Source: Dehalococcoidia bacterium (GTDB taxonomy: Bacteria; Chloroflexota; Dehalococcoidia; Lucifugimonadales; Australimonadaceae). Taken from it: a stretch of 64,000 bases of DNA. Positions 26,500-36,108 of the stretch are shown here, piece after piece; the stretch's first letter is position 1; every line of letters begins with the position of its first letter. A model generated the notes under the pieces. That model saw nothing but the letters and a program-made list of their open reading frames with translations. It was not told the DNA's origin and searched no databases. Made by a program: the position numbers and the translations under genes. The stretch lies in contig OZ220673.1 in the NCBI GenBank assembly GCA_965116305.1, forward strand, positions 2,330,183 to 2,394,182, in the 5' to 3' direction.

Positions 26500-26641
26500 G
26501 TCATGCTGAGCGAAGCTAAAGGCGCGGCCTGAAGCGCAGCCGAAGCATCTCTCGGGAATACGTCCGTCAGCGCTGCGCCTCGCCAGAGAGATTCCTCGAC
26601 TGCGCCATCGGCTACCGCCGACGGCTCCGCTCGGAATGACA
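26500..26641. repeat. inverted pair of family-1 hairpin repeats downstream of rpsT
   Basis: 26500-26556 (+) is GTCATGCTGAGCGAAGC...GCATCTCTCGGG. 26583-26641 (-) is CCAGAGAGATTCCTCGAC...CGCTCGGAATGAC. Together they can form a long stem-loop after the rpsT stop. Confidence 0.8.
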
Positions 26642-26719
26642 GGGATCGGGCGCCATAGTGCTGGATTCCCGCCTGCGCAGGAAGGACCGGGAAAGGCATG
26701 AAACTGTGACACGACCCTG

Positions 26720-26763
26720 TTGACAGTCGCGAGCGCGGCCTTCTAGCCTAGAACGCACGTTCT
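26720..26763 (+). promoter_or_regulatory. lexA promoter with a LexA (SOS) box
   Basis: TTGACA (26720-26725), 18-nt spacer, TAGCCT (26744-26749), immediately followed by AGAAC-GCAC-GTTCT (26750-26763). This matches the GAAC-N4-GTTC box type used by Gram-positive and Chloroflexi LexA. Confidence 0.7.
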
Positions 26764-26785
26764 GAATCCTGTACGGAGGCCGCAC

Positions 26786-27433
26786 ATGCCAGCCATCTCG
26801 CCGCGCCAGCAGCAGATACTCGACTTCCTGCGCGAGTACCACACCGACCGCAGCTACATGCCGTCCATCCGCGAGATACAGCTCGCATGCGGCATCAGCT
26901 CCACCTCCGTCGTCGACTACAACCTCCGCCTCCTCGAGCGCGACGGCTACATCCGCCGTGACCCCGACATCTCCCGCGCCATCGAACTCGTCGGCGAGTC
27001 CGAGGCGGACCTCGTGGAAGTGGCCCGCGTCCCCGTGCTCGGCGCGATCGCCGCTGGCGAACCGATCCCCGTCCCCGAAGCCGGCGCCTACGCGGACGGC
27101 GACCACGACTCGTTCGCCCTCCCGCCCGAGCTGACGCCCCGCGACCCCGACAACCTCTACGCCCTGCGCGTCAAGGGGTACTCGATGATCGACGCATTCG
27201 TGACCGACGGCGACATCGTGGTGCTGCGCCACACGCGCGACGCGCGCAACGGCGACATGGTCGCGGCCTGGCTCCCCATGCAGGAGGAGGCCACGCTCAA
27301 GCACTTCTACCTGGAGGGCGAGAACGTACGCCTCATGCCCGCGAACCCCGCCATGGAGCCCATCATCGTCCCCGCAGACTGCGTCCAGGTACACGGCAAG
27401 GTCGTCGCCGTCATGCGCAAGGTCGCCGCGTAG
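26786..27433 (+). CDS. lexA: LexA repressor (S24 peptidase)
   Basis: N-terminal wHTH (PSIREIQLACGISSTSVVDYNLRLLERDGYI), AAG cleavage region (GAIAAGEP), and catalytic Ser (KGYSM) and Lys (LKHF) context. Confidence 0.93.
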   Translation: MPAISPRQQQILDFLREYHTDRSYMPSIREIQLACGISSTSVVDYNLRLLERDGYIRRDPDISRAIELVGESEADLVEVARVPVLGAIAAGEPIPVPEAGAYADGDHDSFALPPELTPRDPDNLYALRVKGYSMIDAFVTDGDIVVLRHTRDARNGDMVAAWLPMQEEATLKHFYLEGENVRLMPANPAMEPIIVPADCVQVHGKVVAVMRKVAA

Positions 27434-27479
27434 CCGTGCGACCCGCCAGAGCCAGCCTCTTCTCCACCGGCGTCGCATC

Positions 27480-27932
27480 ATGATCGTTGTCCGCCGCGCC
27501 AATCGCGACGATCTCGCGTTCATCGTCGATGCGCAGATGGCGATGGCCGTCGAGAGCGAGGGCGCCGACCTCGACCGAGCAACGCTCACGGAGGGCGTCC
27601 GCGCCGTGCTGGAGGATCGCGTCCACGCCGAGTACTGGCTCGCCGAGGAGGACGAGACCCCTGTCGGCATGCTGATGACCGTCACCGAGTGGAGCGACTG
27701 GCGGAACGGCGTCGTGCTCTGGATCCACTCGGTCTACGTGGTGCCTGAGGCGCGCCGCCGCGGCGTCTACTCGACGCTCTATGCCCACCTCCGTGAGCAG
27801 GTCGAGCGCTCGGATGAGCTCGTGGGTCTGCGCCTCTACGTCGACAAGCGCAACGAGCCCGCCCAGCGCGTCTACGAGGCGCTCGGCATGACCCGCGAGC
27901 ACTACCACCTCTACGAGTGGCTCAAGGACTGA
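27480..27932 (+). CDS. GNAT family N-acetyltransferase
   Basis: 150 aa. Acetyl-CoA binding motif VVPEARRRGVYSTLY (Q/R-x-x-G-x-G/A type). Confidence 0.85.
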   Translation: MIVVRRANRDDLAFIVDAQMAMAVESEGADLDRATLTEGVRAVLEDRVHAEYWLAEEDETPVGMLMTVTEWSDWRNGVVLWIHSVYVVPEARRRGVYSTLYAHLREQVERSDELVGLRLYVDKRNEPAQRVYEALGMTREHYHLYEWLKD

Positions 27933-27938
27933 GAGGTT

Positions 27939-27982
27939 GTCATTCCGAGCGGAGCGCAGCGGAGCCGAGGAATCTCTCGGGG
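27939..27982 (+). repeat. family-1 hairpin repeat, short variant
   Basis: GTCATTCCGAGCGGAGCGCAGCGGAGCCGAGGAATCTCTCGGGG, located between convergent genes. Confidence 0.85.
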
Positions 27983-27991
27983 GAAGGATGC

Positions 27992-28243
27992 TCAATCGGA
28001 CGAAGGCAGCTTGCGCGCCTCCAGCATCGCCATCGGACGCCCGTCGCAGTGGATGCGGGACGCGCCCGCTTTCGTGCACAGCACCATGATGCCAGTCGCC
28101 TCGTCCTGGTAGCGCTTGCCCAGCTGGTCGGCCTCGCCGTCGGCGGCCGGCGCGCAGGACAGCTCCCCGTCCCCGCCCTTCGTGATCATGTACTGCGCGC
28201 CCAGGTCGGCGCACTCCAGACGCTTGCCGGTCTCCGCAGCCAT
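27992..28243 (-). CDS. small protein made of two degenerate desulforedoxin-like (Dfx N-terminal type) modules
   Basis: GKRLECADLGAQYMITKGGDGELSCAP and GKRYQDEATGIMVLCTKAGASRIHCDGRPM both resemble GKRY-C-x2-CG-x-EV-x-V-TKAG-x-G-x-L-x-CCG-x-PM, but most Cys ligands are replaced. Confidence 0.5.
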   Translation of the reverse strand: MAAETGKRLECADLGAQYMITKGGDGELSCAPAADGEADQLGKRYQDEATGIMVLCTKAGASRIHCDGRPMAMLEARKLPSSD

Positions 28244-28331
28244 CCGTCCCTCCGGTATCGTAGGGTTAACGAGGCAATGTTAGCAGAGGCGGGCAGGCGC
28301 GCCGATTCCGGCGCGGCCCCCATGGCAGGAG

Positions 28332-29525
28332 GTGAGCGTGGCCATAGCGTCGAACGTCAGGCAGCACATGGAGAACAGCTCGTGGATACGGCGCATGTTC
28401 GAGCTCGGCATCGCCCTCAAGCGCGAGCGCGGCGAGGAGAACGTCTTCGACCTCTCGCTCGGCAACCCCGTCGTCGAGCCGCCGCCCGAGTTCTTCGACG
28501 CCCTGCGCAGCCTGGCGGACACCCCGATGCCCGGCGCGCACCGCTACATGCCCAACGCAGGCTACCCGGAGACGCGACAGGCCGTCGCCGACACGCTCGC
28601 GGAAGAGACGGGCCTCCCTTACGGAGCACAGCACGTACTGATGACGTGCGGCGCCGCGGCCGCCCTCAACATCGCCATCCGCTCCCTCTGCGACCCCGGT
28701 GACGAGGTCGTGATCCTCGCGCCCTACTTCGCCGAGTACCTCTTCTACGCGTACAACCACGGGGCGGTCCCTGTGGTCGTCGGCTGCGACGAGAACTTCA
28801 CGCCGGACCTCGACGAACTGGAACGCAAGCTCACCCCGCACTCGAAGGTCGTCATCCTCAACTCGCCGAACAACCCGTCCGGCGTCATCTACCCGCAGTC
28901 GTTCATCGCCGACCTCGCCGCGCTGCTGCGGCGCAAGAGCGACGAGTTCGACACCGGCATCTACCTCGTGAGCGACGAGCCGTACCGCCGCATCATCTAC
29001 GACGGCTTCGCCTACCCGTTCCCGCAGCACGAGTACGAGCGCACCATCACCGCGACGTCGCACGCCAAGGACCTCGCCCTCCCCGGCGACCGCATCGGCT
29101 ACCTCGCCGTGCACCCCGGCTGCGATGAGGCGGGCGAGCTGGTGGACGCGTTCGTCTTCTGCAACCGCGTGCTCGGGTTCGTGAACGCGCCAGCCATCAT
29201 GCAGCACCTCGTGCGGAGCCTGCAGGGCGTCACCGTGGACGTCAGCGACTACCAGGCCAAGCGCGACTACCTCTGTGACATGCTCACGTCGGCGGGCTAC
29301 AACGTCCGCAAGCCCGAGGGTGCGTTCTACCTCTTCCCGCAGTCGCCGGTGGAAGACGAGATGCTGCTCATCCAGGCGCTCCAGGAGGAGGGTGTGCTCG
29401 TCGTGCCCGGGCGCGGGTTCGGTATGCCGGGCTACTTCCGTATCTCCTACTGCGTCCACCGGTCCGTGCTGGAAGGCGCTGAACCCGGCTTCCGCGCAGC
29501 CATCAACAAGCTGGGCACAGCGTAG
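28332..29525 (+). CDS. PLP-dependent aminotransferase, class I/II (aspartate aminotransferase-like)
   Basis: 397 aa with a GTG start. Carries NSPNNPSG, SDEPY and SHAKDLALPGDRIGY (PLP-Lys context). Confidence 0.9.
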   Translation: MSVAIASNVRQHMENSSWIRRMFELGIALKRERGEENVFDLSLGNPVVEPPPEFFDALRSLADTPMPGAHRYMPNAGYPETRQAVADTLAEETGLPYGAQHVLMTCGAAAALNIAIRSLCDPGDEVVILAPYFAEYLFYAYNHGAVPVVVGCDENFTPDLDELERKLTPHSKVVILNSPNNPSGVIYPQSFIADLAALLRRKSDEFDTGIYLVSDEPYRRIIYDGFAYPFPQHEYERTITATSHAKDLALPGDRIGYLAVHPGCDEAGELVDAFVFCNRVLGFVNAPAIMQHLVRSLQGVTVDVSDYQAKRDYLCDMLTSAGYNVRKPEGAFYLFPQSPVEDEMLLIQALQEEGVLVVPGRGFGMPGYFRISYCVHRSVLEGAEPGFRAAINKLGTA

Positions 29526-29611
29526 CGAGGCCGCCGCCCGAGAGAGGCAACACAGAGACGGACGCGCTATCATGGGATCGATGTCCCTGGAATGAAGAGG
29601 GGGATGGAAGC

Positions 29612-30526
29612 ATGACGATGTTCCAACCGCGCCGCGTAGGCCGGGATAACCAGCTTCGGGCGCGCATGGTCTTCACGATGCTGCTGCTCGGCCTCGTGTA
29701 CGGCCTCTTCCTCTGGTTCCTCATATCCGTCGCGGGCGCGACCGTCATGCTCGGCTTCGCCGTCGTGCTCGTGCTCGTGCAGTTCTTCCTCTCCGACAAG
29801 CTCGTGCTCACTTCGATGCGCGCGAAGGTCGTGACGCCTGAGGAAGCGCCGGAGTTGCACGCGATGATCGACCGGCTCGCGATGACGGCGGGCATCCCCA
29901 AACCGAAGGTCGCTGTCGCAGACATGAGTGTCCCGAACGCGTTCGCCACCGGACGCAGCCAGAAGCATGCAGCGGTAGCCGTCACCACCGGGCTGCTGCA
30001 CGTCCTGAACGAGCGTGAGCTCGAAGGCGTGCTGGCCCACGAGATAAGCCACATCGCCTCGCGCGACGTGCAGGTGATGACCTACGCCAGCTTCCTCTCC
30101 GTCGTCGCCTCGACGCTCATGTCGCTCTTCTTCTGGTCGGCGCTCTTCGGCGGAGGCTTCGGGCGCAGCCGGGGCGGCAGCGCCGGCAGCTACATCATGA
30201 TCGCCTACATCGTCACCATCCTCGTCTGGGTCATCAGCCAGGTGCTCATCGCAGCACTCTCGCGGTACCGCGAGTACGCGGCTGACCGCGGCGCCGCCAT
30301 CCTCACCAACCGCCCCCGCGACCTCGCGAACGCGCTCCAGCGGATCAGCGGTTCACTCACCGGCCTGCCCCAGAACGACCTGCGCCGCGCCGAGACGCTC
30401 AACGCCTTCTTCATCATGCCCGCCATCGGCGACGGCTTCGCCAGCCTCTTCTCCACTCACCCTCCCATGGCACGCCGGATCGAGCGCCTGCTCGAGCTGG
30501 AGCGGACAGGGATGCTGACGGGGTAG
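29612..30526 (+). CDS. htpX: zinc metalloprotease HtpX (M48)
   Basis: HEISHIASRD zinc motif, four TM segments and EYAADRGAA. Confidence 0.9.
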   Translation: MTMFQPRRVGRDNQLRARMVFTMLLLGLVYGLFLWFLISVAGATVMLGFAVVLVLVQFFLSDKLVLTSMRAKVVTPEEAPELHAMIDRLAMTAGIPKPKVAVADMSVPNAFATGRSQKHAAVAVTTGLLHVLNERELEGVLAHEISHIASRDVQVMTYASFLSVVASTLMSLFFWSALFGGGFGRSRGGSAGSYIMIAYIVTILVWVISQVLIAALSRYREYAADRGAAILTNRPRDLANALQRISGSLTGLPQNDLRRAETLNAFFIMPAIGDGFASLFSTHPPMARRIERLLELERTGMLTG

Positions 30527-30531
30527 TCCCC

Positions 30532-31098
30532 ATGTGCAAGTTCCTTTCCCGACCGCGTACCGCAGAATGGAGCGAGGCGAACGAGGCGATGGCCAACGCC
30601 ACGCAGGTGTTCGAGGAAGTGCTCGACACCTTCACGACCGGCAAGGCCGGCGTGCTCGTCCGTCCGTCCGAGGACCAGGACGCGGTCCAGGCCAAGGCAG
30701 AACTGGAGCGCGCCCTGGCGCACCTGAAGTCCTCCGAGGCTCGGTGGGACGTGGTGCTGGACGACTCCGAGCACCCCCATCCGTGGATCATCGTGCGGGA
30801 TTCCGGGCTGCCCGCGCTGGCGAACTCGACCCGAATCATCGGGGAAACGCTCGTGTCGATGGGCATCGGTCCGCGGGTGCTCGCGGCGGTCTATGCATTC
30901 AGATGGAAGGAGCAGGAGATCTACTGGATCTACCAGCCGCGCATCAGGGCGTTCACGCCTTTCGCCCCGGCGACGGGCGGCGAGTCGGAGACCCGCGACC
31001 ATCCGCTGGAACTGCGGATGGAGCAGGCATCGAGGAAGGACATCCCCACCTCGCGCGCCATCAAGGAGTGGTACCCCATCTGGGGGATGCCCCTCTAG
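30532..31098 (+). CDS. hypothetical cytoplasmic protein co-directional with htpX
   Basis: 188-aa ORF starting 5 nt after the htpX stop, with balanced composition. The overlapping 373-aa Arg-rich ORF (30534..31655) is rejected. Confidence 0.55.
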   Translation: MCKFLSRPRTAEWSEANEAMANATQVFEEVLDTFTTGKAGVLVRPSEDQDAVQAKAELERALAHLKSSEARWDVVLDDSEHPHPWIIVRDSGLPALANSTRIIGETLVSMGIGPRVLAAVYAFRWKEQEIYWIYQPRIRAFTPFAPATGGESETRDHPLELRMEQASRKDIPTSRAIKEWYPIWGMPL

Positions 31099-31298
31099 GC
31101 CCCGGCGTCACCGGGGGCGCGCGCCGGGCGCTTCAGCCTGCGGCGCGCCCAGAGGATGAGCGCCGCATCGAGCACCGGGAGCAGGATCAGCGCTCCCCAC
31201 CACGGCAGCGGGGTGAGCAGCGCGAGCAGCACCACGAGCGCGGCCAGCACCCCCAGCCCAACTATGAGGATCACTCCTATCGCCATCATGCCATTCAT
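31095..31298 (-). CDS. small two-TM membrane protein (hypothetical)
   Basis: 67 aa with two hydrophobic helices, a basic tail and high third-position GC. No family recognised. Confidence 0.4.
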   Translation of the reverse strand: MNGMMAIGVILIVGLGVLAALVVLLALLTPLPWWGALILLPVLDAALILWARRRLKRPARAPGDAGA

Positions 31299-31377
31299 CC
31301 GCGCAAGTATAGGGCTGGCGCACCGGTGGTACTATCTCCGCATCCGCCATTAACCCTTCCCCAACATCCGACAAGCC

Positions 31378-33879
31378 ATGTCCACAGCAACCGGGCAGCA
31401 CCAGCAGCATCACGAACGAAGTGTCGTCCTGCCCATCGAGGGCATGACGTGCGCCGCGTGCGTGAGCACGGTGACGAATGCCATCGCCCGCGTCGACGGC
31501 GTGTCCGGGGTGGCGGTGAACCTCGCGTCGGAGACGGCGGCGGTGACGTTCGCGCCCACCGGGCAGCGGATCGCAGCGATGCGGGACGCTGTGCGGTCGG
31601 TGGGCTACGGCATGGTGGAGGAGAGCGCGGTGCTCACCGTTCCCGGCCTGGCTGACGCAGACTCGGCCAAAGCCCTCGAGGCATGGCTCGGGGGGATAGA
31701 CGGTGTGCTCCGCACGGCCGCGAATCTCTCGACAGAACAGATCACGGTGACCCTCATCCCCGGTACAGTCTCGCCCGGCGTGCTGCGGGATGCCGCGGCG
31801 GCGGCAGGGTTCAGCGGAGCGTACGTTACCGGCGCGGACGCTATGGATGCTGAGCTGGAGCGGCTGTCACGACGAGCGGAGATACGCGACTTCAGGAACC
31901 GCGCAGCGTTCAGCATCGCGAGCGCGGCCGCGATCATGCTGCTCATGCTCATTCCCGCCATCGAGCGCGGAGTGGGCATGCCATGGGTCAACGCCGTCGC
32001 TCTCGTGATCGCGACACCGGTGCAGTTCCGGGCCGCACGGCAGATATACGCGAGTGCGTGGAGCGCCCTGCGGCACCGCACCTCCAACATGAACACGCTC
32101 ATCGCGCTGGGCTCCTCGACGGCCTACTTCTACAGCGCGGTCGTGACTCTTTCGGGGAGCACCATTGGGAACGGCGAGACGTACTTCGACACCTCCACCG
32201 CCATCATCGCTCTCGTCCTCTTCGGCAGGCTGCTGGAGGCCAGAGCGAAGGGCAGTGCGTCGGACGCCATCCGAACGCTCATCGGCATGCAGCCGCAGAC
32301 CGCCCGCGTCACGCGGAACGGTGAGGAGCGGGACGTACCCGCGAGTGACGTCGTCCCCGGCGACACCGTCATGATACGTCCCGGCGAGCGCATCCCCGTG
32401 GACGGCATCGTGACCGAGGGGACGACCGCCGTCGACGAGTCCATGCTCACCGGCGAGAGCATCCCGGTCGAGAAGCAGGCGGGCGACGTGGTGTTCGGGG
32501 GCTCCGTGAACACGTCGGGGGGCATCTCCATCGAAGCAACCAAAGTCGGAAGTGCAACAGCCATCGCGCAGATCATCAGGATGGTGCAAGAGGCGCAGGG
32601 TTCCCGCGCGCCCGTGCAGCGGCTCGCCGACACCGTGGCGGCTTACTTCGTCCCGGCTGTGCTCACCATCGCCGCGCTTACCTTCATCGCATGGTGGCAA
32701 CTCGGTCCGCAGCCCGCGCTGGACACGGCGATGCTCAACGCCATCGCCGTGCTCATCATCGCGTGCCCCTGCGCGCTCGGACTTGCCACGCCGACCGCCA
32801 TCATGGTCGGCGCAGGCTCGGGCGCCCGGCACGGCGTGCTCATACGCGGAGCCGAGGCGTTGGAGCAGGCCCACAAGCTGGAGGTCGTCGTCTTTGACAA
32901 GACGGGAACGCTGACGAAGGGAGAGCCCCAGGTCACCGACGTACTCCCGCGCGGCATCTCCGAAAACGAACTGCTCTCCCTCGCTGCTGCAGTGGAGCAG
33001 CAGAGCGAGCATCCCATCGCAGCCGCAGTCGTGCGGGCAGCGAAAGACAGGGGGCTCGATCTCCCTCGCGCCTCGGACTTCCAGTCGGCGCCCGGACTCG
33101 GTGTGCGCGCAACCGTCGACGTGGATGCCATCACCGTCGGCGGACTCGGGCTGGTGCGGAGCGCAGACATCGCTCTCGGTGGAACGGCTGAATCGGCGGT
33201 CCGTGTACTGGCAGAGCGCGGCAGGACGCCTCTCGTCGTGCTGCGGAACGACCTCGTCATCGGCATCCTGGGCGTCGCGGACATCGTGCGCGATGAATCG
33301 GCGGAAGCCGTCGCAGCGCTCAAGGCGATGGGACTGGAAGTGGCGATACTCTCCGGCGACGTGCGGCCCGTCGCTGAGGGCATCGCGGCCCAGCTCGGCA
33401 TCCAGCGGGTTATGGCAGAGGTGCTCCCGAGCGCCAAGGCTGCCGAGATCGAGCGCCTCCAGAGGGAAGGAAAGCGTGTAGGGATGGTGGGGGATGGCGT
33501 GAATGATGCTCCCGCGCTGACCCAGGCAGACGTAGGCATCGCCATCGGTTCCGGTACGGACGCGGCGCTGGAAGCAGCCGACGTTGCGCTCATGACATCG
33601 GACGTACGGCTCACGGGCGCCGCCGTACACCTCTCCCGTTCCACGATGCGCACCATCCGGCAGAACCTCGGCTGGGCGTTCGGCTACAACCTCCTGCTGA
33701 TCCCGGTCGCAGCAGGCGTGCTCCACCTCGTGTTCGGGAACGGGGGGGTGCCGGAGGCGTGGCGCTGGGCGCTCGGCGAGCACGGCTTCCTGAACCCCAT
33801 GCTCGCCGCTTTCGCGATGGCGTTCAGCTCCGTGTCTGTCGTGACGAACAGCCTGCGCCTGAAGAGGTGGATGCCTTAG
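31378..33879 (+). CDS. copA: copper-translocating P1B-type ATPase
   Basis: HMA domain [31 protein letters not shown] and [11 protein letters not shown] second HMA-like repeat lacks the CxxC motif. Confidence 0.93.
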   Translation: MSTATGQHQQHHERSVVLPIEGMTCAACVSTVTNAIARVDGVSGVAVNLASETAAVTFAPTGQRIAAMRDAVRSVGYGMVEESAVLTVPGLADADSAKALEAWLGGIDGVLRTAANLSTEQITVTLIPGTVSPGVLRDAAAAAGFSGAYVTGADAMDAELERLSRRAEIRDFRNRAAFSIASAAAIMLLMLIPAIERGVGMPWVNAVALVIATPVQFRAARQIYASAWSALRHRTSNMNTLIALGSSTAYFYSAVVTLSGSTIGNGETYFDTSTAIIALVLFGRLLEARAKGSASDAIRTLIGMQPQTARVTRNGEERDVPASDVVPGDTVMIRPGERIPVDGIVTEGTTAVDESMLTGESIPVEKQAGDVVFGGSVNTSGGISIEATKVGSATAIAQIIRMVQEAQGSRAPVQRLADTVAAYFVPAVLTIAALTFIAWWQLGPQPALDTAMLNAIAVLIIACPCALGLATPTAIMVGAGSGARHGVLIRGAEALEQAHKLEVVVFDKTGTLTKGEPQVTDVLPRGISENELLSLAAAVEQQSEHPIAAAVVRAAKDRGLDLPRASDFQSAPGLGVRATVDVDAITVGGLGLVRSADIALGGTAESAVRVLAERGRTPLVVLRNDLVIGILGVADIVRDESAEAVAALKAMGLEVAILSGDVRPVAEGIAAQLGIQRVMAEVLPSAKAAEIERLQREGKRVGMVGDGVNDAPALTQADVGIAIGSGTDAALEAADVALMTSDVRLTGAAVHLSRSTMRTIRQNLGWAFGYNLLLIPVAAGVLHLVFGNGGVPEAWRWALGEHGFLNPMLAAFAMAFSSVSVVTNSLRLKRWMP

Positions 33880-33880
33880 A

Positions 33881-34114
33881 ATGTCGGTGTCCGTTGAACC
33901 TCCGGCACACGGGGAGAAGTGGTGCATGAACCGGCTTGACGTGATCTTTGGGAAACCAGGTGATACGGCCATAGACCCCGTCTGCAAGATGGTGGTGCCG
34001 AAGGCCGCCCCCCCCGGTGGGACCGCCGAACACGAAGGGGAAACATACTACTTCTGCGCTCCCGGATGCCGCACTGCGTTCGCGGACGATCCCGCGCAGT
34101 TCCTGTCAGCCTAG
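33881..34114 (+). CDS. YHS/TRASH-domain metal-binding protein
   Basis: DPVCKMVV...GETYYFCAPGCRTAF pattern. Starts 2 nt after the copA stop. Confidence 0.75.
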   Translation: MSVSVEPPAHGEKWCMNRLDVIFGKPGDTAIDPVCKMVVPKAAPPGGTAEHEGETYYFCAPGCRTAFADDPAQFLSA

Positions 34115-34217
34115 ATACCGATCGAAGCGCACACCGGACACGCCTGCATGCCTTGCCAGCGCGGGTGTGGAGGTCGTACCATAGCCCTATTGTGCGAATT
34201 TTCACGAGGAGGTAGCC

Positions 34218-34679
34218 ATGGCTCCCCTTGACGAGCTCGACACGAAGCTCATAGAGCTGCTGCAGCGCGATGGACGCGCCTCCAACATCGAACTGGCGCG
34301 CAAGACCGGCGTGAGCGAAGGAACGATCCGGCGGCGGTTCCGAAACCTCGTCCAGGAAGAAGTCATCCGCGTGGTCGCCATCCCGGACACCTCCAAGCTG
34401 GGACGGCGCATGTCCGCGCTCGTCGGCCTGAAGGTAGACCCCGCCCACGTGCAGTCGGCGGCGGAGGAGCTGGCGAAGATGGAGGAGGTGCACTACGCGG
34501 CGGTTACGACCGGCGCGTTTGACGTCTTCTGCCGCGTAAGCCTCGGCTCTCCGCTCGAACTCTCCGACTTCCTCAGGAACCGGGTTGGCGATATCACGGG
34601 CGTCCGGCAGACGGAGACGTTCATCAACCTGTCGATCAAGAAGAACGTAGGAGACTTCATCCCCCAGGACGAGAGTTGA
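34218..34679 (+). CDS. Lrp/AsnC family transcriptional regulator
   Basis: LDELDTKLIELLQRDGRASNIELARKTGVSEGTIRRR HTH followed by a RAM/AsnC_trans_reg domain. Confidence 0.9.
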   Translation: MAPLDELDTKLIELLQRDGRASNIELARKTGVSEGTIRRRFRNLVQEEVIRVVAIPDTSKLGRRMSALVGLKVDPAHVQSAAEELAKMEEVHYAAVTTGAFDVFCRVSLGSPLELSDFLRNRVGDITGVRQTETFINLSIKKNVGDFIPQDES

Positions 34680-34681
34680 TA

Positions 34682-34716
34682 ACGTGTTCACACCCCTGAA
34701 CACGTCTGCTAGAATG
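34682..34716 (+). promoter_or_regulatory. 9-bp inverted repeat next to a -10-like TAGAAT upstream of the ferredoxin gene (operator, or hairpin after lrp)
   Basis: ACGTGTTCA (34682-34690), N6, TGAACACGT (34697-34705), then TAGAAT (34711-34716). Confidence 0.3.
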
Positions 34717-34781
34717 CACTCACCTTCCTGGGAGGGAGGGGGCCCGAACGGGCCTAGCTTAATGGGAGGGGCACTTCCAAG

Positions 34782-35018
34782 ATGGCCTACATAATCGCCG
34801 AACCCTGCGTTGACGTGAAGGATGCGTCGTGCGTTGACGTCTGCCCCGTGGACTGCATCTACGAGGGCGACCGCATGTTCTACATCGAGCCCGATGAGTG
34901 CATCGACTGTGCAGCGTGCGAGCCGGTCTGTCCCGTCGCCGCAATCTTCGCCGAAGACGCGCTTCCTGCCGACCAGGCCCGCTTCATCGAGATCAACAAG
35001 GACCGCAGCGAACCCTAA
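34782..35018 (+). CDS. fdxA: 7Fe-type ferredoxin
   Basis: C-x7-C-x3-CP and C-x2-C-x2-C-x3-CP cysteine patterns in 78 aa (MAYIIAEPCVDVKDASCVDVCPVDCIY...CIDCAACEPVCPV). Confidence 0.9.
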   Translation: MAYIIAEPCVDVKDASCVDVCPVDCIYEGDRMFYIEPDECIDCAACEPVCPVAAIFAEDALPADQARFIEINKDRSEP

Positions 35019-35044
35019 CCCCGGGCTGCTATCGGGAAACAGGC

Positions 35045-35072
35045 ATAGGCGGGTCAGTGTTGACCCGCCTAT
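35045..35072. terminator. bidirectional hairpin between convergent genes
   Basis: Perfect 12-bp stem ATAGGCGGGTCA / TGACCCGCCTAT with a 4-nt loop (GTGT). T-rich tract downstream on the plus strand. Confidence 0.6.
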
Positions 35073-35108
35073 CGTTGTCTCCCGTGCTTTTCTACGCAGC
35101 GACGTTCC

Positions 35109-36092
35109 TCAGCCTCCCCCGGCGAACTCTCGCCCCACCAGGGACAGCGCTTCTTCCACCCAGGTCGCATCGAATGTGAGGAGCAGCGGCGAGTCCGGTG
35201 TTGCCGCGTAGTAACCGTCGCCGTCCGATCTCCGCCCTCCGACGGCATACACCACGCTCACGGCGCTCTTGTCCTCCAACGGGACCGCTAACTCGTAGGT
35301 AACCCGAATGACGGCGCGGGGTGATTGCAGGCCCGCGTGTTCCAGCCTCAGACCCTCCGGCCAGACTGCCATGTCAAAGCCGGGAGGCCCGCCTGCAACG
35401 CTCAGTACCGCGCCGCGCTGAGCATCGGTCAGGTCCGACGCCACGTCGCCCCGCACCACGCTATCGGGCGATCTACCGTCGGTCCCGGGCAGACCGAGCA
35501 GGAACGTCGCGATGCCGTCCGCGCTCTCGATCTCGAAGAGCCGCACAAGCGCCGGATCGACGCGGTAGTACCAGTACGGCAGCGGGGGCTCGTGGGCGAG
35601 GCGGCGCAAGACGCGCGCCCAAGGCTCGTTGACGAGCGCCACCTCGGACTTGCCGTCGAGTTGCGCATAGACGTTGCGTCCATCCGGTGTCTCAGCGCCG
35701 AGTCGAACCTCAACGCGGTCTCCCCCCGCAAGGCCGAGGCTGACGGCGTCCGGTTCGTCCAATCCGAACTCCGACAGTACACCCGGCGCAGCCAGCCGGC
35801 GTTCTACTTCAGGGCCTGAGAGCAGCAACACGACACCGCCCCAACGGTCCAGGTTCACGGGCACCGGAGAATCGGCGAAGTACCAGCCATCATCCCGCCG
35901 TTCGAACATGACGGCGCCCGCCTCCGTCCGCACGGTGACGTTCACGATGTCGTCCTGAGCTGCAGTGTAGAGACGGGCGCGAAGCAGCGCTGCTTCGGGT
36001 TCGTCGTCGCCACCCGATACCAACACCCACGCAGCAACAGCCGCAAACGCAACGATCAGCAGCAATACGAACCTGATAACTGCGCTCTTCAT
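35109..36092 (-). CDS. DUF4340-like membrane-anchored protein
   Basis: Start at ATG 36092 (MKSAVIRFVLLLIVAFAAVAAWV). Last gene of the ABC/GldG-type cluster. The family call is from typical synteny and needs an HMM check. Confidence 0.6.
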   Translation of the reverse strand: MKSAVIRFVLLLIVAFAAVAAWVLVSGGDDEPEAALLRARLYTAAQDDIVNVTVRTEAGAVMFERRDDGWYFADSPVPVNLDRWGGVVLLLSGPEVERRLAAPGVLSEFGLDEPDAVSLGLAGGDRVEVRLGAETPDGRNVYAQLDGKSEVALVNEPWARVLRRLAHEPPLPYWYYRVDPALVRLFEIESADGIATFLLGLPGTDGRSPDSVVRGDVASDLTDAQRGAVLSVAGGPPGFDMAVWPEGLRLEHAGLQSPRAVIRVTYELAVPLEDKSAVSVVYAVGGRRSDGDGYYAATPDSPLLLTFDATWVEEALSLVGREFAGGG

Positions 36093-36108
36093 CCCGATGT
36101 GCCCTCTT

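Noticed and set aside
30534-31655. 373-aa plus-strand ORF overlapping the htpX-adjacent hypothetical gene and the copA start
   Set aside because: It is extremely Arg/Gly/Pro-rich and out of frame with the well-supported copA N-terminus (HMA domain).
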